Assembly: GCA_964574685.1 (NCBI GenBank)
Contig: CAZNOI010000004.1
Coordinates: forward strand, 64,930-128,929
Reading direction: 5' to 3'
DNA length: 64,000 nt
From: an uncultured Dehalococcoidia bacterium
GTDB lineage: Bacteria > Chloroflexota > Dehalococcoidia > SZUA-161
In this document: one piece after another, positions 58,867 to 64,000 of the stretch
How positions within the stretch are numbered: position 1 is the stretch's first letter
Layout of the letters: each line of letters starts with the position of its first letter
Translations under genes and position numbers: made by a program
The notes under the pieces: model-generated
Told to the model about the DNA's origin: nothing
The model's database searches: none
Seen by the model: the letters and a program-made list of their open reading frames with translations, nothing else

Positions 58867-59967
58867 ATGGTTTCCGAATTCGCCGAGGCGTACAACAGAA
58901 GACACGAGCTTGCCCAGGAGTGGAAGAATCAGGGAAAGAGGATACTCGGCTACTTCTGCAACTACAGTCCGGAAGAGATCATATACGCGGCGGACATCAT
59001 TCCGGTGCGTGTCAGGGGCGGGACAGAGAACGTAGAACTCGTTGACGCGCATCTGCCCGCCTATTGCTGTTCCTTCATCAGGACGGCACTGGAGCAGGCG
59101 CTGAAGGGCAAGTACAGCTATCTGGACGGCGCCGTGTTTCCGAAATCCTGCGACATGACCCGCGTGCTTCCCAGCATATGGAAGCGCAATATGAACCCCA
59201 GCTTCGAGTACTTCATACCCGTCCCGGGCAGGATCAGCGACGAGGCTGTGGACTTTCTGGAGCACGAGTTGGGCGTGTTCAAGGAAGCGCTCGAAGCCTA
59301 TGCCGGCAGGAGGATCGAGGAGGCGGAGCTCCGGCAGGCAATTCGAGCCTACAACACCAACCGAGAGTTGATGTCGAGAGTCTACGAGCTGACTCTGTCT
59401 GACGCCCCACATTTCAAGGGCAGTGACCTCTTGGCAATCGAGTTGTCGGGACTCATCATGCCCAAGGACCAGCATAACGAAATGCTGCGCCGACTGCTCG
59501 ACAACCCGCCTCGTACGGAACAAGGTGATGGGTTCAAGCGCCTCATGCTGGTTGGCAATACCTTCGAGACGATTGAGATGCTGAAGGTGATCGAAGGCGC
59601 AGGTGGAAACATGGTGATCGACGACCTAGACATCGGCACGAGGTACTACACCACGCTTGTTGACGAGAGCAAGCCGCCCCTGAGGGCGCTGGCGGAGAGG
59701 TACGTCCGCAAGGTGCCGTGCCCGTGCAAGCATCCGACTCAGGCTCGAATGGAGCACATCCTGAAGCTGGCCGGGGAATACCGTGTGCAGGGCGTGATCC
59801 TCGTGAATCAGAAGTACTGTGACAGTCATTTGTACGACCGGCCCTGGATTGAGGGGACGCTGAAGGAGCACGGCTTTCCGGTGCTGTTCGTAGAGCACTC
59901 GGACATCGGGTGGGCCGGCGGGAAGTTCAGGACGATGGCCGAGGCTTTCATGGAGATGATGGGGTAG
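58867..59967 (+). CDS. 2-hydroxyacyl-CoA dehydratase / BCR family small catalytic subunit (HgdB/HadC/BcrC-like), paralog of 35421-36548
   Basis: N-terminal EWKNQGKRILGYFCNYSPEEIIYAADIIPVRVRG is co-linear with the cluster-1 subunit; 366 aa. Confidence 0.8.
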   Translation: MVSEFAEAYNRRHELAQEWKNQGKRILGYFCNYSPEEIIYAADIIPVRVRGGTENVELVDAHLPAYCCSFIRTALEQALKGKYSYLDGAVFPKSCDMTRVLPSIWKRNMNPSFEYFIPVPGRISDEAVDFLEHELGVFKEALEAYAGRRIEEAELRQAIRAYNTNRELMSRVYELTLSDAPHFKGSDLLAIELSGLIMPKDQHNEMLRRLLDNPPRTEQGDGFKRLMLVGNTFETIEMLKVIEGAGGNMVIDDLDIGTRYYTTLVDESKPPLRALAERYVRKVPCPCKHPTQARMEHILKLAGEYRVQGVILVNQKYCDSHLYDRPWIEGTLKEHGFPVLFVEHSDIGWAGGKFRTMAEAFMEMMG

Positions 59968-59974
59968 CGACTTC

Positions 59975-61228
59975 ATGGAGAAGAAGCAGGACAAACCGGA
60001 AGGTCAGGCCAAGCCCCCGAGGCTGGCGTCCGCGGCGGCACTCGGCCCGATAAACGAAGAGTATTACCGTGATCTGGCGAACGCCAGAGAACAGGGACGT
60101 CCCGTATTCTGGATCACGTCCATGGCTCCGATAGAGCTTGTCTATGCCTTCGACGGCATAGCTTTCTTTCCCGAGAACTATGCCGCGCTGTGCTCCTCCC
60201 GCAAGGTCGCCCCTGAGTTCGTGGATGCGGGCATCGCCCAGGGCTACGCCGCCGGGATATGCTCTTACGCTCTCAACACGTTCGGCTTCATTGAACTGGG
60301 GCGCGGGGCTTTCGGCGACCAGGCGCCTGCACCGCCGGACATCCTTCTTGCTACCGAGGGGGCGTGTATTACGCATCCCAAGTGGTGGGAGGCTTTGCAG
60401 CGCATCTACAACTGCCCACTTGTGATAGTCGATGCTGCCTATACCGTGGATACCGACACCCTGTCAGAGCACCAGAGACGGTACATGGCCTCGGAACTCG
60501 AGAGGGCTGGCAAGGAAATCGGCCGGCATCTGGGGAAGGAGTTCGATCTGGACAAGCTCCAGGAAGTCGTCAGGCTGTCGGATCGCGCAAGCGAGCTCTG
60601 GGACGAAATCGATGCCATGAGGGCCGCCGTGCCGTCACCTATCAGCCAGATCGACGTCTTCACGCTGCAGTTCCCTCTTGTGACTCTTAAGGGCTCCCGG
60701 ACTGCCGCTGAGTTCTACGAACCGGTGCGCGACGAAGTTAAGCAGCGCGTGGACAACGGCGTAGGATTCCTCCAGGACGAAAGGTTCCGTCTTATGTGGG
60801 ACCTGTTTCCCGTGTTTCACAATCTGCGTCTCTTCAACTACTTCGCCGAGTACGGGGCCGCATTCGTCACGGACCTGTACGGCAACGCTTTCAGCGGTCG
60901 GCTCGATCTGGCAGACCCCCTGGGCAGCATGGCTGCCCGCTACCAGAGCTTCTTCATGCGGTCCGCCTCGTGGGGCAAGGCGGAGATATACAAGGAACGC
61001 GCGAAGAGGTATAGGGTTGACGGTATGGTATTTCATGCAAACCGCTGCTGCCGATGCTTCTCAGCCGAGCAGCCGGAGGTCGGCCAGATACTCAGGCAGG
61101 AACTGGGAATACCGTGTATGTCCTTCGAGGCCGATATGGTCGACGTGAGGGCGTACGATGATGTTCAGGTCAAGGCACGAATTGATGCCTTCATAGAGTT
61201 GCTCGAATCCAGGAAGTATCCGAAGTAG
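59975..61228 (+). CDS. 2-hydroxyacyl-CoA dehydratase / BCR family large catalytic subunit (HgdA/HadB/BcrB-like)
   Basis: 417 aa of the HGD-D family with the AAGICSYALNTFG Cys region. It is a distant paralog of 34047-35375. Confidence 0.8.
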   Translation: MEKKQDKPEGQAKPPRLASAAALGPINEEYYRDLANAREQGRPVFWITSMAPIELVYAFDGIAFFPENYAALCSSRKVAPEFVDAGIAQGYAAGICSYALNTFGFIELGRGAFGDQAPAPPDILLATEGACITHPKWWEALQRIYNCPLVIVDAAYTVDTDTLSEHQRRYMASELERAGKEIGRHLGKEFDLDKLQEVVRLSDRASELWDEIDAMRAAVPSPISQIDVFTLQFPLVTLKGSRTAAEFYEPVRDEVKQRVDNGVGFLQDERFRLMWDLFPVFHNLRLFNYFAEYGAAFVTDLYGNAFSGRLDLADPLGSMAARYQSFFMRSASWGKAEIYKERAKRYRVDGMVFHANRCCRCFSAEQPEVGQILRQELGIPCMSFEADMVDVRAYDDVQVKARIDAFIELLESRKYPK

Positions 61229-61260
61229 TCGGCGTCCAAACATACAAGGAGGACAGGATA

Positions 61261-62382
61261 GTGGATTTCAATCTGACCCAGGAACAGGAGATCTTCCAGA
61301 AGGAGGTCAGGAAGTTCGCGGATAGCGAACTGGCGCCCTTCGTGGAAGTGATGGATGTCCAGAACGAGTTCCCGCAAGAAATCCGGCCGAAGCTGGCCGC
61401 AATGAACCTCTATGGGGTCCCATGGGACCCGAAGTACGGAGGTGCGGGCTCTGATCACTTCCACCTTGTGCTCGCTCTGGAGGAGATCGCCAAAGTACTG
61501 GCTGCTGTCGCGATTCACATTCAGCTTCAGCACGTCGTCGGCGACAGGTTCAACAAGCTGGCCACCGAGGAGCAGAAGCTCAAGTGGATGGTGCCGATCT
61601 GCGAGGGCACAAAGGTCGGCTGTTTCGGATTCACGGAGCCCGATACCGGCTCGAACCCGAAGATGATCAGGACCACCGCAGTGGAAGAGGCCGATTGCTA
61701 CGTGATCAATGGCACGAAGCGGTTCATCACCAATGCCCCGTTCGCGGACGTCATGTGCGTTTTTGCGAAGCTGGAGGGCGATATCAGTCTGTTCTTCATA
61801 GAGGCGGACAAGCCCGGTTTTTCAACCGACAAGAAGATGGACAAGCTCGGGCTGAGGGGTACCGACCTCTCCGACGTCATATTCGAGGATGTGCGCGTCC
61901 CGAAGGATCACCTGATGGGCGGCAAGGGCGGCAAGTTCGACGCTCTCAAGGACGCCATGACCATCGGCAAGCTCTGCCTGAGCGCTCAGTGCGTAGGTCT
62001 GATGCAGGCCTCTCTGGAAGAGGCGATCAAGTACTCCGTGAACCGAATGCACTTCGATGAGCCCATATTCGACCTTCAGGCTATTCACTGGCTTCTGGGA
62101 GAGATGGCGTCGCGGCTGGAGGCAAGCCGGTGGCTGACCTATAGGGCTGCGTTTCTGAAAGACCAGGGTATGGACACGATCAAGGACATGGCAATCACCA
62201 AGCTGTTCGTCACCCAGACAGCAGTCGACGTGTGCAGGTTCGGAATGCAGGTCCACGGTGCGTACGGCATAAGCAAGGAGTACAAGATAGAGCGACTGTT
62301 CAGGGACGCCAAGATGTACGAGTTGCTGGAAGGTACGTCCGAGATACAGCGTGAGCTGGTTGTCAAGAGGCTTCCGCGATAG
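61261..62382 (+). CDS. Acyl-CoA dehydrogenase (short/medium-chain, butyryl-CoA dehydrogenase-like)
   Basis: ACAD N/M/C domains with a catalytic Glu near the C-terminus (YELLEGTSEIQR). Confidence 0.9.
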   Translation: MDFNLTQEQEIFQKEVRKFADSELAPFVEVMDVQNEFPQEIRPKLAAMNLYGVPWDPKYGGAGSDHFHLVLALEEIAKVLAAVAIHIQLQHVVGDRFNKLATEEQKLKWMVPICEGTKVGCFGFTEPDTGSNPKMIRTTAVEEADCYVINGTKRFITNAPFADVMCVFAKLEGDISLFFIEADKPGFSTDKKMDKLGLRGTDLSDVIFEDVRVPKDHLMGGKGGKFDALKDAMTIGKLCLSAQCVGLMQASLEEAIKYSVNRMHFDEPIFDLQAIHWLLGEMASRLEASRWLTYRAAFLKDQGMDTIKDMAITKLFVTQTAVDVCRFGMQVHGAYGISKEYKIERLFRDAKMYELLEGTSEIQRELVVKRLPR

Positions 62383-62445
62383 CACTACTTGATCAAGTGA
62401 AGTCCCAGTGATAGCTGGATTTGGAGAAGGCAAATGTCCCACAGT

Positions 62446-62480
62446 CACAGGGCCGGGGTCGCGAGACTTCTGGCCCTGTG
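62446..62480. repeat. Stem-loop CACAGGGCC-N17-GGCCCTGTG between two ACAD genes
   Basis: Perfect 9-bp inverted repeat with no U-tract. Confidence 0.4.
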
Positions 62481-62512
62481 TACTGTCTGATGCTCCAGGA
62501 AGGAGGGCGTAG

Positions 62513-63700
62513 ATGGACTTCAGACTCACGGATGAACAGAAGAAGCTGCGTCAGGAGTTCTTCAATGTGTGTGAGGAGCTCGCGAAAAAGCGGCCAGAGG
62601 GGTTCACCGGCCTGGAAGGGTGCTACGACACTGACGAGGGCTGGGAGTATCACCTGAGTTGCGCAAAGGAGTTTGCCAAGAGGAATTGGCTCGCACTCGG
62701 ATGGGACAAGGAGTATGGCGGGCAGGGCACCATCATGGACAAGGTGTTCCTTTCCGAGGCCACGGGATACTACGACGTTCCGGGCGTCGATATCTTCGGT
62801 GTTGACATGCTGGCGCCCACCTTGCATGCGGCGGCCAGCGACGAAATCAAGCGCGAGTACCTGCCGAGCATCAGGTCGGGTGAGCGCATGTGGTGCGAAC
62901 TCTGGAGTGAGCCGAACGCGGGCTCAGACCTGGCGGCGCTGACATCCTCCGCCGTCAGGAAGGGTGACGAGTACGTCATCAACGGCCAGAAGATATGGAG
63001 CACCGGTGCCCATAGAGGTCACTGGGCATTCGCGCTTGTCAGGACGGACCCGCATGCGGACCGGAAGCAGAAGGGTATCACCTTCATATTGATGGATATG
63101 AAGACCCCGGGCATAACGGTGAATCCGCTGCACTATATGGATGGGGGGCACCTGTACAACGAGGTATTCCTCGATGATGTGAAGGTGCCTGTGGACCAGG
63201 TAGTGGGCAAGGAGAACGAGGGCTGGGCTGTGACCCAGACCCTGGCGAACTTCGAGAGGTCGAGCCTGGGAGCAATCATGGCAATGCACCGGCAGCTCGA
63301 GGAGCTGGTGCAGTACTGCAACGAGACCAAGGTGGCCGGTGAACCGATCGCCAGAAAGCCACTGGTGCGGAACAAGCTCGCCGAACTGGCCTGCGAGCTG
63401 TGGGCGGCGCACTCACTGGCCTACAAGATCGTAGACGCTCAGAGCCGACATGAAATGGCCGCGTTCGACGCGTCGGCCGTCAAGGTGATCTCGGGCGAAC
63501 TGCAGGCCAAGTTTGGTCAGGTCGGTTGCGAGATACTCGGGCCCTACGGTCAGGTAAAGCACTCCAGGTGGTCGGAGTTCGAGGGCTTCTTCGAGAAATG
63601 GTACCAGCAGTCCTTCATCCTCAACGTAGCGATGGGCACCAACGAGATCCAGCGGAACATCATTGCCTGGTACGGACTCGGCCTCCCGAGGATGAAGTAA
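62513..63700 (+). CDS. Acyl-CoA dehydrogenase family protein
   Basis: ACAD fold with the YLPSIRSGERMWCELWSEPNAGSDLA FAD/substrate region. AGGAAGGAGGG ribosome-binding site. Confidence 0.85.
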   Translation: MDFRLTDEQKKLRQEFFNVCEELAKKRPEGFTGLEGCYDTDEGWEYHLSCAKEFAKRNWLALGWDKEYGGQGTIMDKVFLSEATGYYDVPGVDIFGVDMLAPTLHAAASDEIKREYLPSIRSGERMWCELWSEPNAGSDLAALTSSAVRKGDEYVINGQKIWSTGAHRGHWAFALVRTDPHADRKQKGITFILMDMKTPGITVNPLHYMDGGHLYNEVFLDDVKVPVDQVVGKENEGWAVTQTLANFERSSLGAIMAMHRQLEELVQYCNETKVAGEPIARKPLVRNKLAELACELWAAHSLAYKIVDAQSRHEMAAFDASAVKVISGELQAKFGQVGCEILGPYGQVKHSRWSEFEGFFEKWYQQSFILNVAMGTNEIQRNIIAWYGLGLPRMK

Positions 63701-63730
63701 GGCGTATTCCCAGCGAGAAGGAGCGTTGAG

Positions 63731-64000
63731 ATGGACATAAAGTTCACCGAAGAACAGGAGATGCTGCAGAAGACGGCATTCGATTTCCTTTCGACGGAGC
63801 TTCCCAAGACCAAGGTAATTGAGCTGGAAGACGACGAGAAGGGCTACTCACCGGATATCTGGAAGAAGATGGCCGAACTGGGCTGGCAGGGCCTCATGAT
63901 CCCGGAGGACTACGGTGGCATGGGAATGACATTCCAGGACCTCACTGTCCTGCTCGAGCAGATGGGCAGGAACGTAACGCCGGGCCCGTTCTTCTGCACT
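63731..64000 (+). CDS. Acyl-CoA dehydrogenase family protein (N-terminal part; runs off the window end)
   Basis: MDIKFTEEQEMLQKTAFDF... typical ACAD N-terminus. The ORF is open at 64000. Confidence 0.7.
   Translation, partial: MDIKFTEEQEMLQKTAFDFLSTELPKTKVIELEDDEKGYSPDIWKKMAELGWQGLMIPEDYGGMGMTFQDLTVLLEQMGRNVTPGPFFCT

Overview
High-GC (~60%) chromosomal window, gene-dense (~60 protein genes, one tRNA), from what looks like an anaerobic bacterium. GroESL under a CIRCE operator, an S18 with a long tail, a second EF-G and a CARDB/FtsX ABC triad point loosely towards Chloroflexota or Firmicutes-like taxa, but this is a guess. The window contains no rRNA, CRISPR array, transposase or integrase.

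Housekeeping genes: uvrB, groES-groEL, etfA-etfB, hemB, folE, hom-thrC, rpsF-ssb-rpsR, glyA, ribF-tyrS, ilvE, an EF-G paralog, tRNA-Ala(GGC), an ABC transporter triad and envelope glycosylation genes.

Three accessory clusters of reductive anaerobic acyl-CoA metabolism stand out:
- (1) 32.0-36.5 kb: a five-gene operon with two HgdA/HgdB-like (BcrB/BcrC-like) subunits, two different HgdC/BcrAD-type ATPases and a 2x[4Fe-4S] ferredoxin. The gene order matches class I benzoyl-CoA reductase (bcrCBAD-fdx / bzdNOPQ-like).
- (2) 43.8-52.8 kb: a fused glutaconate-type CoA-transferase, two crotonases, a split HcmAB/IcmAB-like B12 acyl-CoA mutase, and a divergent AbfD-type 4-hydroxybutyryl-CoA dehydratase, Hbd and an SDR.
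- (3) 53.2-64 kb: D-2-hydroxyacid dehydrogenase, 2-oxoacid:ferredoxin oxidoreductase (gamma, delta, fused alpha-beta), acyl-CoA ligase, a second HgdB/HgdA-like pair with no activator of its own, and three acyl-CoA dehydrogenases.

A compact four-gene insertion between the EF-G paralog and tyrS carries a KAP-like P-loop NTPase, a zinc-ribbon protein, an Xis/MerR-type HTH protein and a hypothetical protein.

Several conspicuous regulatory palindromes, promoter-like sites and terminator hairpins are also listed.
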